A DNA stretch of 64,000 nucleotides from an uncultured Bacillales bacterium (GTDB lineage: Bacteria > Bacillota_I > Bacilli_A > RF39 > UBA660), in assembly GCA_946611235.1 (NCBI GenBank), contig CAMODE010000041.1:8316-72315 (forward strand). Reading direction: 5' to 3'. Below are positions 54,042 to 64,000 of the stretch, piece after piece; position 1 is the stretch's first letter; each line of letters opens with the position of its first letter. The notes below the pieces were generated by a model, which saw only the letters and a program-made list of their open reading frames with translations, had not been told where the DNA came from and made no database searches. The position numbers and the translations under genes were made by a program.

Positions 54042-56981
54042 TTACTTATTATTAATATCTTCTAACTTAACCGATACAATCTTACTAACACCAGACTCCT
54101 GCATTGTAATACCATATAAAATATTGGCATACTCCATTGTCTTCTTTTTATGAGTAATAATAATAAACTGCGTATCTTTATATTTTTCTAAGTATTTACC
54201 AAATGCTTCAACATTAGCATCATCTAAAGCTGCCTCTACTTCATCAAATAAACAAAATGGTACTGGTCTAATATTTAATATAGCAAATAATAAACTAATT
54301 GCTGTAAAAGTTTTTTCTCCACCAGATAAAAGACTAATACTTTGAAGTTTTTTACCAGGGGGCTCTGCCTTTATCTCAATACCTGTCTCTAATATATTAC
54401 TAGGGTCTGTTAGAGAGAGTTCTGCTCTTCCACCTCTAAATAATTCCCTATATACTTTTTTAAATTCTTCTCTTACCTTTTCAAAAGTAGTAAGAAGTTT
54501 TTCCTTCATAATACTATCCATTTCATTAATAATATCATATAAAGTATTCTCAGCATTAATAAGGTCTTCCTTCTGATTAGTTAGAAAATCAAATCTTTCT
54601 TTAGCTTTATCATATTCTTCTGGTGCATCTAAATTAACATTACCAATATATTCAATTTCTTTCTTAAGTCTTACTACTTCATCTCTAGCGATATTTGTTT
54701 CCATATCTAAAGAATAATTATCTTTAGCAAAATCATAAGTCATATTATAATTTTCATTAAGATTATTAAGTAAATTATCAAGAGATACATCTGCTCTATT
54801 AATTTTAATATTTAAATTACTTAATTCTTTTTCTTTCTTATTAATATAACTATTACTACTTCTAGAAGTCTCTTCTAATTCATTAATAGTATTATTAATA
54901 TTATCTTCTTCTACTTTAAGGATTGATATTTCTTTATTAATATTTGAAATATCTTCTCTTACTTTGGATAATTTAGAGAAAGATTCATCTTCTAGAGACT
55001 CGTTATTCGTAATACTATCTAAATCTTTTAATTCATTCTCTTTTTCTATCTTATTCTTAATATTAATATTAATAGTTTCATCTATTGAATTAATCTTCGT
55101 CTCTATATTTGTTTTTTCATTTTGACTACTATATAATTCACTATTTTTAATATTTATATCTTTATCAATACTATTAATATCACTAAGTAAATTCTTATTC
55201 TTTTCTTCTAGTAATTTTTTCTTCTTTTGTACTTCTTCTAATTCATACTTCAATGATAAAACATTTTGAGATTTAGTAATAGAACCTCCTGTTAAAGATC
55301 CACCTACATTTACTACTTGTCCATCTAATGTTACTATCTTATATCTTTTATTTATCTTATCACTAATTATATTAGCATTATCTATATTATCACAGATAAT
55401 TACATTACCTAGTACATTAGATATAATATTCGTATATATACTATCATAAGTAGTAAGAGAACTTGCTATGCCAATATAACCTTCCATATTATTTAAAATA
55501 CTAAGTACATCATCAGTAATATATTTACCAGTAATTTTATCTATTGGATAAAAAGTAGCTCTACCTAAATTATTATTCTTTAAATAATAAATAAGTTCTT
55601 TAGCAGTACTAGAAGTATCTACGACTAAGTATGAAGATGCTCCTCCTAGAGCAATATTAATCGCCGTATTATACCTACTATCAGTATCAATAAGCGAGGC
55701 AATAACATTATGTACTCCTGTAAATTTAGGATTATCTAAGATACTTTTAATTTGTTTAGGAATAGTACTATTATTAGATATAGCATTATCTAAGTATTCT
55801 TCTCTATATTTAAAGCTATCTATCTCTCTATTATTTTTAATAATCTGATTATTAAGATTACTTTTCTTAGTACTAAGTTCATTTACCTTATCAGTAATAC
55901 TCTTAACACTAGAAGTTATTACTTCTAATTTTTTATTATATACTTCTTTCTCATTATTTAAATTATTAATAATAGTATCAATATTAATAATATCCTCTTT
56001 TAAAGAAATAATATTATTACTAATCTTACCTATTTCATCTTTATATTTATTTCTTTCTTCATATAACTTAATATCTGAAGTAATTTCTTGTTCCTTCTTA
56101 GAAAGTTCTAGTAATAATTCCTGCTTACTATTAATATCATCTCTTACTTTTTTTACTTTATCTTTATATTTAAGTATATCGACATCATAAGAACTGTTAT
56201 TAGAAGACAGTACTGCTAGTTCATCTTCAAGGGCTTTTACTTTATTCTTATCTTCCTGATAAATAAAATTTAAATCCGTAATCATTTTAACAAGTAAAGC
56301 TATTTCAATATTAGATAATCTAGTTTTAATCTCTGCATACTTCTTAGCTTTATTAGAAGCTTCTTCTAGTGGAATAATATTATTATTTAGTTCATTAATA
56401 ATATCACTTACTCTATTTAAATTTTGATTAGTTTTTTCTAATTTTCTTAAAGCTTCTTCTTTTCTTCTTTTATATTTTAATACCCCAGCAGCTTCTTCAA
56501 ATATTACTCTTCTATCTTCTGGTTTATTAGATAGTATTTCATCTATTTTACCTTGACTTATAATATTAAAACTTTCTTTAGCCGTACCAGAGTCTGCAAG
56601 TAACTCGGTAATATCTTTTAGTCTTACTCTTTCATTATTTAAATAATATTCATTTTCACCACTACGATAGGCTACTCTCTTAATAGATACTTCACTAAAA
56701 TCTATAGGAAGTGTTTTATCCTCATTATCAAAGACTAAAGTAACAGAAGCTGAATTAAGAGCTTTTCTACTTTCACTACCAGAAAATATTACGTCAGTAG
56801 TAGTATCACCTCTTAAAGACTTCATTGATTGTTCTCCTAGTACCCATCTAACAGCATCTACGATATTAGACTTACCAGATCCATTAGGTCCTACTACGCC
56901 ATTTATATTTTTACCAAAACTAATTGTTACTTTATCTGCAAAAGATTTAAATCCATATGCTCTTATTTCTTTTAAGTACAT
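54042..56981 (-). CDS. smc: Chromosome segregation protein SMC
   Basis: Walker A GPNGSGKSNI, a hinge (GVHNVIASLID...), signature LSGGEKT and Walker B LFDEVEAALD. 979 aa. Confidence 0.93.
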   Translation of the reverse strand: MYLKEIRAYGFKSFADKVTISFGKNINGVVGPNGSGKSNIVDAVRWVLGEQSMKSLRGDTTTDVIFSGSESRKALNSASVTLVFDNEDKTLPIDFSEVSIKRVAYRSGENEYYLNNERVRLKDITELLADSGTAKESFNIISQGKIDEILSNKPEDRRVIFEEAAGVLKYKRRKEEALRKLEKTNQNLNRVSDIINELNNNIIPLEEASNKAKKYAEIKTRLSNIEIALLVKMITDLNFIYQEDKNKVKALEDELAVLSSNNSSYDVDILKYKDKVKKVRDDINSKQELLLELSKKEQEITSDIKLYEERNKYKDEIGKISNNIISLKEDIINIDTIINNLNNEKEVYNKKLEVITSSVKSITDKVNELSTKKSNLNNQIIKNNREIDSFKYREEYLDNAISNNSTIPKQIKSILDNPKFTGVHNVIASLIDTDSRYNTAINIALGGASSYLVVDTSSTAKELIYYLKNNNLGRATFYPIDKITGKYITDDVLSILNNMEGYIGIASSLTTYDSIYTNIISNVLGNVIICDNIDNANIISDKINKRYKIVTLDGQVVNVGGSLTGGSITKSQNVLSLKYELEEVQKKKKLLEEKNKNLLSDINSIDKDINIKNSELYSSQNEKTNIETKINSIDETININIKNKIEKENELKDLDSITNNESLEDESFSKLSKVREDISNINKEISILKVEEDNINNTINELEETSRSSNSYINKKEKELSNLNIKINRADVSLDNLLNNLNENYNMTYDFAKDNYSLDMETNIARDEVVRLKKEIEYIGNVNLDAPEEYDKAKERFDFLTNQKEDLINAENTLYDIINEMDSIMKEKLLTTFEKVREEFKKVYRELFRGGRAELSLTDPSNILETGIEIKAEPPGKKLQSISLLSGGEKTFTAISLLFAILNIRPVPFCLFDEVEAALDDANVEAFGKYLEKYKDTQFIIITHKKKTMEYANILYGITMQESGVSKIVSVKLEDINNK

Positions 56982-57137
56982 CTTTGTTTCACATCCTACT
57001 AGTTAATTTTACTATATTTTTTCAGTAATATCAAGTATTTTTATATCTGCGCCTAGCGGCTAACAGTTTATTTGCTTCACAAATAAACAACCATATATTC
57101 AGTAAATTCCATTATATATTATAAAAAGAAGAAATAA

Positions 57138-57437
57138 TTATTTTTCTTCTTTCATAGATTCTTCTATTTCTTTTATTTCATCAATTGTCTTACCTGAAGC
57201 GTTAGATATAACAATGTAGTCAATATTCTGTTTCAATAAATTCTTAATTATCTCGATAGTTTTAGTTCCTTGTTCGATTCCTAGTTCTTGTCCTCTTTTC
57301 TCTGCTAATTCTATTAAGTTATTTTGAACCATCTTTTCTTTCTCCCATTCATGTAAGATAAATCCATCGTTTACCATATCAATTACACCTTCCATTAATT
57401 TATTTAATCTATCACTAATATTATATACTTTAGTATC
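57138..57437 (-). pseudogene. Remnant (C-terminal ~85-100 codons) of an Rpn/PDDEXK_2-like paralogue
   Basis: Tail IKNLLKQNIDYIVISNASGKTIDEIKEIEESMKEEK matches the tail of the 18089-19219 protein. The DNA is also similar (TTCTTCTTTCATAGATTCTTCTATTTCTTTTATTTC shared). The frame closes with a stop at 57438. Confidence 0.55.
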
Positions 57438-57547
57438 TTATATATTTCTACATAACTTTTACTATATAAAGCTGCCATAAAGTAATCTATATAGGTCATT
57501 TCTTTATCTTTATTGTAACTTTTTCCATAATTACTTTTAGTTCTTTT

Positions 57548-58525
57548 TTACTTAGTTAAGTAGTCTAATACTTCGTCAAAAGTATCTACTTTAACTATAT
57601 CCATCTTGTAATGATATTTTTCCTTAGTTTTAATTGCATCTTCATAATTAGGACTAGGTACAAACACAATATCAATATTGTCACTAGCGGCTCCCATTAT
57701 TTTATATTTAATTCCATCTATCTCTCCCACTGTGCCATCATATGATATTGTACCAGTACCAGCAATATTTCTTCCTTTTATGATATCATCCTTTACTAGT
57801 GCATTATAAATAGTAAGAGTAAGCATAAGACCACCGGAGGAACCAGATTCACTATTTCTAAATTTTAAATCAAGCTTTGGTTCAATATCATAATCATAAT
57901 CAGTAATAATTACTACTCCAACTACTTTTTGATTATCATCCAAATATATCTTACTCTTAACATTTTTTTCTTTATCATCTCTAATTACTTTAAAAGTAAC
58001 ATAATCATTTTCTTTCTTACTATTTATTATCTTTTTTACTTCAGAAACATCATCTACTTTATTATTATCTACTTCTAGAATGATATCTCCTACCTTAAGA
58101 TTATTATCACTTGTTGTAGCAATAACAATATTCTTCTTACTCTTAACATCAATATATTTACCAGCCTTTTTATAAGCTACCATCAAAGCAATATCTAAAG
58201 AATTATCTCTCATAATCTTATTTCTATTTTCTACTTCTTTAATGCTTTCATTAGATATTTTTCTATCTTCATTTTTATTGATATCATAATCCATTATCCA
58301 AGAGTATAAGCATATACTAGGAGTAGCTTTATATTCACTAACATAGAGCATATTAATAGAACCTTTATCTATATTATATCCATCTAACTCTACTCTGTCT
58401 GTTATATTAATTGCCCCACCAGGAGCCATAATATAATATGGTAGTTTTAAATAAAAAAACAAAATAAGTAGTATTATTACTATAATAAATTTATAATTAT
58501 CTTTAATTATTTTTTTAATAAACAT
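57548..58525 (-). CDS. YlbL/SepM-like membrane serine protease (PDZ + Lon-type S16 domain)
   Basis: N-terminal TM, PDZ LKVGDIILEVDNNKV, and Lon-like ESGSSGGLMLTLTIYNAL plus GTGTISYDGTVGEIDGIKYKI. Confidence 0.8.
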   Translation of the reverse strand: MFIKKIIKDNYKFIIVIILLILFFYLKLPYYIMAPGGAINITDRVELDGYNIDKGSINMLYVSEYKATPSICLYSWIMDYDINKNEDRKISNESIKEVENRNKIMRDNSLDIALMVAYKKAGKYIDVKSKKNIVIATTSDNNLKVGDIILEVDNNKVDDVSEVKKIINSKKENDYVTFKVIRDDKEKNVKSKIYLDDNQKVVGVVIITDYDYDIEPKLDLKFRNSESGSSGGLMLTLTIYNALVKDDIIKGRNIAGTGTISYDGTVGEIDGIKYKIMGAASDNIDIVFVPSPNYEDAIKTKEKYHYKMDIVKVDTFDEVLDYLTK

Positions 58526-58572
58526 AATATCATTCCATTTCTTTTTTACTCTGTTATATCATATATTAAATT

Positions 58573-59493
58573 ATGAAAAAATATTCTAATCAAATAATTG
58601 TTGTTTTAACTTTTATTACCCTAATTTTAGTACTACTAAATAAAAACCTCGTATCAGATTCCATCCTATCTTCCCTTTATATTTGGTATAATACCTTAGT
58701 ACCATCAATGTTTCCTATGATAATATTATCCGATATATTAATAACATATAATACCAACATCTTACCAAATTTCATAACCAAATATATATCAAAAATATTC
58801 AATATAAGTAATAATGCTGTCATAATATTTATCTTATCCTTAATATCCGGATTTCCTACCAATGCTATCATAATTAAAAAAGCATTAAGTACCTCTACTA
58901 TAACTAAAGAAGAAGCAAATCATTTATTACTCTTCTGTAATTTTGCGAGTCCTCTATTTATTCTTCAAACCCTAGGTGTCTTTTATCTAAAAAATACTAC
59001 TCTTTCTATTATCATATTAATAAGTCATATTCTAAGTAATATTATCATTGGAATAATATATCGAAATAACAATCATCCTAATAACAATTATATAATAGAG
59101 CCTACTAAAAGTCAAAGCTTTGGAGATGTTTTATCATCTTCTATTTATAAAAGTGTAAACTCTCTTTTAGTAATTGCAGGAACCGTTACTCTTTTTCTAA
59201 TACTTACTACTCTAATAACTCATATTTTTAATCTAAATACCTATCTATCCCTTTTTATCAGAAGCCTATTAGAAATGACTATGTCTTTATCATACTTATC
59301 GAATTTAAATATAAATGATACCTTAAAAGTAGTATTATCATCCATCATTATATCCTTTAGTGGTCTATCTATTCATCTCCAAGTAATATCATCCTTTGAA
59401 GATATCAAATATAAATATTATCTAAAAGGAAGATTATTATCTTCTATAACATCTGGAATAATATCTTTTATTCTAATAAAATTAACAATATAA
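58573..59493 (+). CDS. ylbJ: Sporulation integral membrane protein YlbJ-like (nucleoside-recognition/Gate domain)
   Basis: Polytopic, with WYNTLVPSMFPMIILSDIL. Divergent from the ylbL-like gene as in Bacillus. Shorter than B. subtilis YlbJ. Confidence 0.65.
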   Translation: MKKYSNQIIVVLTFITLILVLLNKNLVSDSILSSLYIWYNTLVPSMFPMIILSDILITYNTNILPNFITKYISKIFNISNNAVIIFILSLISGFPTNAIIIKKALSTSTITKEEANHLLLFCNFASPLFILQTLGVFYLKNTTLSIIILISHILSNIIIGIIYRNNNHPNNNYIIEPTKSQSFGDVLSSSIYKSVNSLLVIAGTVTLFLILTTLITHIFNLNTYLSLFIRSLLEMTMSLSYLSNLNINDTLKVVLSSIIISFSGLSIHLQVISSFEDIKYKYYLKGRLLSSITSGIISFILIKLTI

Positions 59494-59613
59494 AAAGTGA
59501 GCAGTTTTTTACTCACTTAAACCATATAGGTCCTAAATATAAGGAGATAATAGTATTACCCTAAATCGTAGTCTGTGATTACTTAAATATAAGTAATACT
59601 ATCATAAATATTA

Positions 59614-60414
59614 TTATCTATTTTCTTCTTTATTATACTTTCTCGTATTAATAACAATACCAAGAATAAGAATATAGCTTAAGAAATATATCCATATTAA
59701 TAATACCGTAATACTGGATAGTCCTCCATATAAAACATCATACTTTGTAAAATAAGTAAGATAATAACTAAATAAAAGTGTAAATATACTCCATAACACT
59801 GTCGTAGTAAAAGCTCCTACCATAACATCTTTTACCTTTAATTTAACTGATGGAGATATCATATATATAAGTATAACATTAATAAATATAACCCAAAAAG
59901 TAATAGGCCATTTAAGTATATGATATATATTTGTAATATTACTAGTAACAATATTATATTTACTTAAAAAATCTAATAACTTACTACCAAGTACAGGAAT
60001 AAGAATTAATATTAATAATGAAAAAACAAGTAAAAGTAATATAATAATCGATTTCAATCGATCCGTAGTAATATTTCTTTTATCTACTTTATATAAACTA
60101 TTCGAAGCCTCTACGACAGCATACATACCCTTCGATGAAGCATATAAAGTTACTATATTTAATACTCCAATAGATAAAGTATAATTCTTACTAGATATAA
60201 CACTAATAATAACATTACCAATATAACTAGGAATCGTATCATCTATTAAATTAATAACTGAATCAATTGATATTGAGAATAAACTAGCAATTAATAATAT
60301 AACTGTAAATGTAGGAATAATTGCTAAGACAAAATTATAAGACAAATATGAAGGTAAAATTCTAAGTTCATTTAAACTTAGAATTTTTACTACTCTCTTA
60401 AAATATTTCTTCAA
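59614..60414 (-). CDS. YihY/BrkB family membrane protein
   Basis: LSYNFVLAIIPTFTVILLIASLF, 6 TM segments, typical YihY layout. Confidence 0.75.
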   Translation of the reverse strand: MKKYFKRVVKILSLNELRILPSYLSYNFVLAIIPTFTVILLIASLFSISIDSVINLIDDTIPSYIGNVIISVISSKNYTLSIGVLNIVTLYASSKGMYAVVEASNSLYKVDKRNITTDRLKSIIILLLLVFSLLILILIPVLGSKLLDFLSKYNIVTSNITNIYHILKWPITFWVIFINVILIYMISPSVKLKVKDVMVGAFTTTVLWSIFTLLFSYYLTYFTKYDVLYGGLSSITVLLIWIYFLSYILILGIVINTRKYNKEENR

Positions 60415-62450
60415 TTATTTTTTCCTTGCATAGCTTCTTTTTTATTTCTCATATCAATTGTAGCTTCATTAATAGCATCATCTACTGTCTTAACATCATC
60501 AAGTATCATACTATAACCAATACTAGCACCAAATCCATAAGGAAGTTCTTTAAGTTCCTTATATATCTTTCTCGCATAATTAACAACATCTTTTTCATCA
60601 TAACCAACCATATATATTAAAAACTCATTACCATCAGTTCGAACAATATCTGTATTAGCTTCTTGATTAACTATTAAAGTGCTCGCAGCTTTCTTAATAA
60701 CCATATCTCCTTCTTCATGACCATGATTGTCATTAATATATTTAATATTATTAAGATCCACTACTACAAATCCTTGAGGATAAATAGTATTGTCATCCCA
60801 TTCTTTCATCTTTAAATTCAAATAATTTCTATTCTTTAAAGATGTCATTGCATCAATATATTTAAGTTTATCATTATTAGTTATAATAGTATCATTCCTT
60901 TTTTTCTTTTTAAAGAAAATAAATAATCCTACTAATAATAGTATAACAAGAAGGGTAATAATAAATGCAAGTAAACTACCAGAACTATAATTATTCATAC
61001 TAGTATTATAATTATATTTAATACTATTATAATTAACAGTCTCTACATAATAAGAAAACATATCAGCAAAATTAGTATTTTTATTAACATCTCTAATATA
61101 GAAAGAATATTCATTAGGTAATACTCCTCTATATAATTCTTTATAATCACCAAATTTCTTAATTTTATAATAATCATAAGTATCTTTATCGATCATTATA
61201 ATAGAATTACTAGATACCTTTCTAAGAAGTTCATCAGTATTATCATATGCTTTAGCAGTTATCCCACTATTAGAAGCTAAATTATTAATAAATGTACCAT
61301 TTACCAATAATACTTCTTTACCAGATAAACTTCTAGGAGAAGTAACATCATAAAAATCATTAGATAATATAACATACTCTTCTTTAAATAAAGAACTAGT
61401 TTTAATAACATCAATATTAAGTCCATCAGTATTAAAATTGCCAAAGACAATATCAAGTTCTCCATTAGAAAAATCTTTCTTTAACTTTTCAATATTATCA
61501 TAATAAATAAAATTAAAATCAACATCATAAATATTTTCAAAATCATTAAAATAATTAGCTAAAGTACCAATAACATTTTTATTATCAATACCTTCAAATG
61601 GCATATAAGTCATATATCCAACATTATAAGGATTACTATTATAACCCATTCTATCAGCTTCACTTATCTCTTTATCATAAAAATATTCATCTAAAAAATT
61701 ATTTTTATAAGAAGAATTCTGATTATCTCTTTTAAATCCAGTATAATATTTTTTCATAATATTATATAAAGTTTTATTTTCAATAGTTAAAACATTTTTT
61801 TTAACAACATCAGATAAATGAAAGACAATATGAAAATCATTCTTTAAAATAAAATCAATATTCATATTATAAGGAACAATAGCATAACTTACTTCCTCAC
61901 TATTAAAAGCCGTTTCTATTTCATTAATACTTTCTTTAGAAACATAACTAATCATATTATTATCCGCTAGAGCACTAGATACAGGACCAACATCTGATGA
62001 TAATACTGCAACCTTAATATCTCCCATATCTCTAATACTATCAAAATGAATATTATCCTTACTAACCAAAACATAATGATCTTCATAAACAAGTAAATCA
62101 TTATTTGATAAATCCGTATTATCATTAACAATTCTAAAAGCATTTCCTTTTAAAGAAACACTACTATTAGAAGTAAGATAAGATACCTTATTAAAATTAA
62201 TGCCATGTTTAGATGTAAAATCATCTAAGAAATCAAATATAACTCCCTTACCATTTTTACCATATACAGGTACATCATTAAATACACTAATATCAACAAC
62301 ATTGCGCTTATTGTCATTAATCCATTTCTTTTCTAATATTGAAAAAGAAGCATCATCTTTACTATAATTCAATATAAAAATACCAAGTAAAGTAACAAAA
62401 ACAATACCAATTAAAGTTAATATAAGTGCTTTATTATTTCTCTTCTTCAT
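60411..62450 (-). CDS. Membrane sensor protein with extracytoplasmic solute-binding-like domains and a degenerate GGDEF domain
   Basis: C-terminal DAMTSLKNRNYL ... VVVDLNNIKYINDNHGHEEGD ... RTDGNEF (in place of GGDEF) ... ASIGYS. Confidence 0.8.
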   Translation of the reverse strand: MKKRNNKALILTLIGIVFVTLLGIFILNYSKDDASFSILEKKWINDNKRNVVDISVFNDVPVYGKNGKGVIFDFLDDFTSKHGINFNKVSYLTSNSSVSLKGNAFRIVNDNTDLSNNDLLVYEDHYVLVSKDNIHFDSIRDMGDIKVAVLSSDVGPVSSALADNNMISYVSKESINEIETAFNSEEVSYAIVPYNMNIDFILKNDFHIVFHLSDVVKKNVLTIENKTLYNIMKKYYTGFKRDNQNSSYKNNFLDEYFYDKEISEADRMGYNSNPYNVGYMTYMPFEGIDNKNVIGTLANYFNDFENIYDVDFNFIYYDNIEKLKKDFSNGELDIVFGNFNTDGLNIDVIKTSSLFKEEYVILSNDFYDVTSPRSLSGKEVLLVNGTFINNLASNSGITAKAYDNTDELLRKVSSNSIIMIDKDTYDYYKIKKFGDYKELYRGVLPNEYSFYIRDVNKNTNFADMFSYYVETVNYNSIKYNYNTSMNNYSSGSLLAFIITLLVILLLVGLFIFFKKKKRNDTIITNNDKLKYIDAMTSLKNRNYLNLKMKEWDDNTIYPQGFVVVDLNNIKYINDNHGHEEGDMVIKKAASTLIVNQEANTDIVRTDGNEFLIYMVGYDEKDVVNYARKIYKELKELPYGFGASIGYSMILDDVKTVDDAINEATIDMRNKKEAMQGKNN

Positions 62451-62459
62451 TATAATCTC

Positions 62460-62924
62460 CTAACTCTTTATCCAAGTAATACTATCCATATTATTATGTT
62501 TATTACCAGTAATAACCTTATCCCCTTCGTCAGTAGTCCATTTAAGAAAGAAAGAAAAATCATAATATGCAAGTTCTTCTTCACTATAATTGTCTAAAGT
62601 ATTACTAGCAATTTCCTTAGCCTTATCTACACTAGTATCACTCTTCAAAGTAATAGTAGTATATACTATCTTACCTTGTAATCTTGTAGTAACTTCTTCT
62701 ACTACTTCCGTAGCCATTACTTCATCTTTAACACCATCATATACTTCTTTGGCTATTTCTACATCTTTAATACCATCCAATCTATTACCATATTTATTTG
62801 AAGAATTACTCTTAAGTAAACTAATAAATATAATAACAAGAATAATAACTAATACTAAAGCAAGTAGTATAATAACACTAAAACCCTTATTATTTTTAAT
62901 CCAATTCTTAATCTTTTCGAACAT
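62460..62924 (-). CDS. Hypothetical membrane-anchored protein
   Basis: N-terminal TM (FSVIILLALVLVIILVIIFISLL) with an extracytoplasmic ~110-aa domain. Confidence 0.5.
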   Translation of the reverse strand: MFEKIKNWIKNNKGFSVIILLALVLVIILVIIFISLLKSNSSNKYGNRLDGIKDVEIAKEVYDGVKDEVMATEVVEEVTTRLQGKIVYTTITLKSDTSVDKAKEIASNTLDNYSEEELAYYDFSFFLKWTTDEGDKVITGNKHNNMDSITWIKS

Positions 62925-63001
62925 ATTTCCTCCTTATTAATCTATTAATATTATACTATAACAATAAATAATTATCAATACCAAAAAAAGCACTAAAAGT
63001 G

Positions 63002-63682
63002 CTATAATCTAATAATACTAGATAATTTCTTAATAACTTTCTTCTCTATTCTTGATATATAAGATTGTGATATGCCAAGAAGATTAGCTACTTCCTTTTG
63101 CGTCATTTCTTTTTTACCATTAAGACCATATCTAAGTTCAATAATTTCTTTATCTCTTTTACCAAGTTTATTGACTTCTTTATACATAAGATACTTATCT
63201 GTTTCATCTTCTATTGGTTTTGTTACTATATCATTATCCGTACCTAATACATCTTCTAAATGTAGTTCATTACCTTCTGAATCAAAACTAAGACTATCTT
63301 CAAAAGATACTTCTGTTCTTTTCTTCTTTGTTTTTCTTAAATACATTAATATCTCATTATCAATACATCTAGATGCATAAGTAGCTAGTTTAATATTCTT
63401 ATCATTTTGATAAGTATTAACTCCCTTTATTAAACCAATAGTACCAATAGAAACTAAATCTTCTAAGTCTATTTTAGTATTCTCATACTTCTTAGCAAGA
63501 AAGACTACTAGTCTTAGATTATGTTCAATAAGTTTATCTCTTGCCTTCATATCTCCATTTAAAAACATCTTAACATACTTCTCTTCTTCTTCCTTAGATA
63601 ATGGTTCAGGAAGTATATCTGTACTACCAACATAAAATAAATAATTAAGTTTACTAAAAATTCTTTTTAATAATTTAAACAT
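63002..63682 (-). CDS. sigE: Sporulation sigma factor SigE (pro-sigma-E)
   Basis: Pro-sequence + YVGSTDILPEPLSKEEE, LIEHNLRLVVFLAKKYENT, SIGTIGLIKGVNT, KLATYASRCIDNEILMYLRK. Lies directly downstream of spoIIGA. Confidence 0.9.
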   Translation of the reverse strand: MFKLLKRIFSKLNYLFYVGSTDILPEPLSKEEEEKYVKMFLNGDMKARDKLIEHNLRLVVFLAKKYENTKIDLEDLVSIGTIGLIKGVNTYQNDKNIKLATYASRCIDNEILMYLRKTKKKRTEVSFEDSLSFDSEGNELHLEDVLGTDNDIVTKPIEDETDKYLMYKEVNKLGKRDKEIIELRYGLNGKKEMTQKEVANLLGISQSYISRIEKKVIKKLSSIIRL

Positions 63683-63683
63683 A

Positions 63684-64000
63684 TTATTCCCCTTTCATAA
63701 CATCTTTATGTAGTATTACATCTACTCCATCTATTAACTTAATATTATCAGAATATGCTATTAATACATTATTAACTATCTTACCATCTATACTAATATA
63801 TTTAGGTTTAATACATCTAAGAAGTCCTTCTCCTGAAGCAGTATTATATGGTACTATTATATATTTATCATCCCTTTCATACTTCTTATTAACAAGTATT
63901 ATCGGTCTTTTCTTATATGGATCATATAAATTATTACCCGTATCAACAAATCCAATTAAAGATAAAATATCTTTATCAAAGTATATGTCTACTTTATAAT
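63684..64000 (-). CDS. spoIIGA: Sigma-E processing peptidase SpoIIGA, C-terminal part (partial, runs off window end)
   Basis: Not in ORF track. Hand translation gives ..LIGFVDTGNNLYDPYKKRPIILVN...LIDGVDVILHKDVMKGE-stop. DTGN aspartic protease motif. Upstream of sigE. Confidence 0.75.
   Translation of the reverse strand, partial: YKVDIYFDKDILSLIGFVDTGNNLYDPYKKRPIILVNKKYERDDKYIIVPYNTASGEGLLRCIKPKYISIDGKIVNNVLIAYSDNIKLIDGVDVILHKDVMKGE

Noticed and set aside
57396-57547. Possible intact N-terminal continuation of the Rpn-like fragment
   Set aside because: Hand translation upstream of Met at 57395 hits a stop at 57438-57440. No PD-(D/E)XK core is present, so the gene is a remnant rather than a mis-called start.
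59497-59525. Hairpin AAGTGAG-N10-CTCACTT between ylbJ and the YihY-family gene
   Set aside because: Probably an ordinary, possibly bidirectional, terminator for convergent genes. On the plus strand the T-run lies in the loop, so the assignment is ambiguous and unremarkable.
1-64000. Search for CRISPR arrays, rRNA/tRNA genes, integrases/transposases with inverted repeats, and prophage modules
   Set aside because: No spaced direct-repeat array and no GC-rich structured RNA blocks were seen, other than the 50-nt TA repeats. No tyrosine/serine recombinase or DDE transposase motifs were recognised in any ORF. tRNAscan/Infernal would be needed to exclude small RNAs formally.

Overview
Very AT-rich, about 64 kb chromosomal window from a spore-forming Firmicute (Clostridia/Erysipelotrichia-like by gene content). 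Almost all genes are on the minus strand. The housekeeping and sporulation backbone comprises mraZ-rsmH-ftsL-PBP2B, topA, rpsU, trxB/gpx, spoVAC-AD-AE, a spoVB-like flippase, cdd, ybeY, sepF/DivIVA, gerE, a SpoIIIAH-like gene, priA, yneF/sirA-like, phosphoketolase, FemAB, smc, ylbL/ylbJ, and spoIIGA-sigE. No rRNA, tRNA or CRISPR array was seen. Several accessory modules interrupt this backbone. (1) An unannotated type III toxin-antitoxin locus at 37.5-38.3 kb: promoter, 2 x 50-nt structured RNA repeats, terminator, then a ToxN/AbiQ-like toxin. It sits in a small island with a frameshifted ORF6N/PLD-like gene. (2) A double-glycine two-peptide bacteriocin locus at 19.3-22.1 kb, with two peptide genes missing from the ORF track, a C39-ABC exporter and a short accessory protein. 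(3) A 1091-aa modular type IV pilin plus two small pilin genes, with no pilus assembly genes in the window. (4) A TasA-like / fused SipW signal peptidase / DUF5305-like operon at 1-3.8 kb. (5) A single-gene AlbA_2/Schlafen-like cassette inserted at the 3' end of an rluA-family gene, flanked by ~95-bp direct repeats. (6) Assorted tandem repeats, Rpn-like paralogues and regulatory sites (MraZ boxes, palindromic operator). All functional calls rest on motif recognition by eye; no database search was run.
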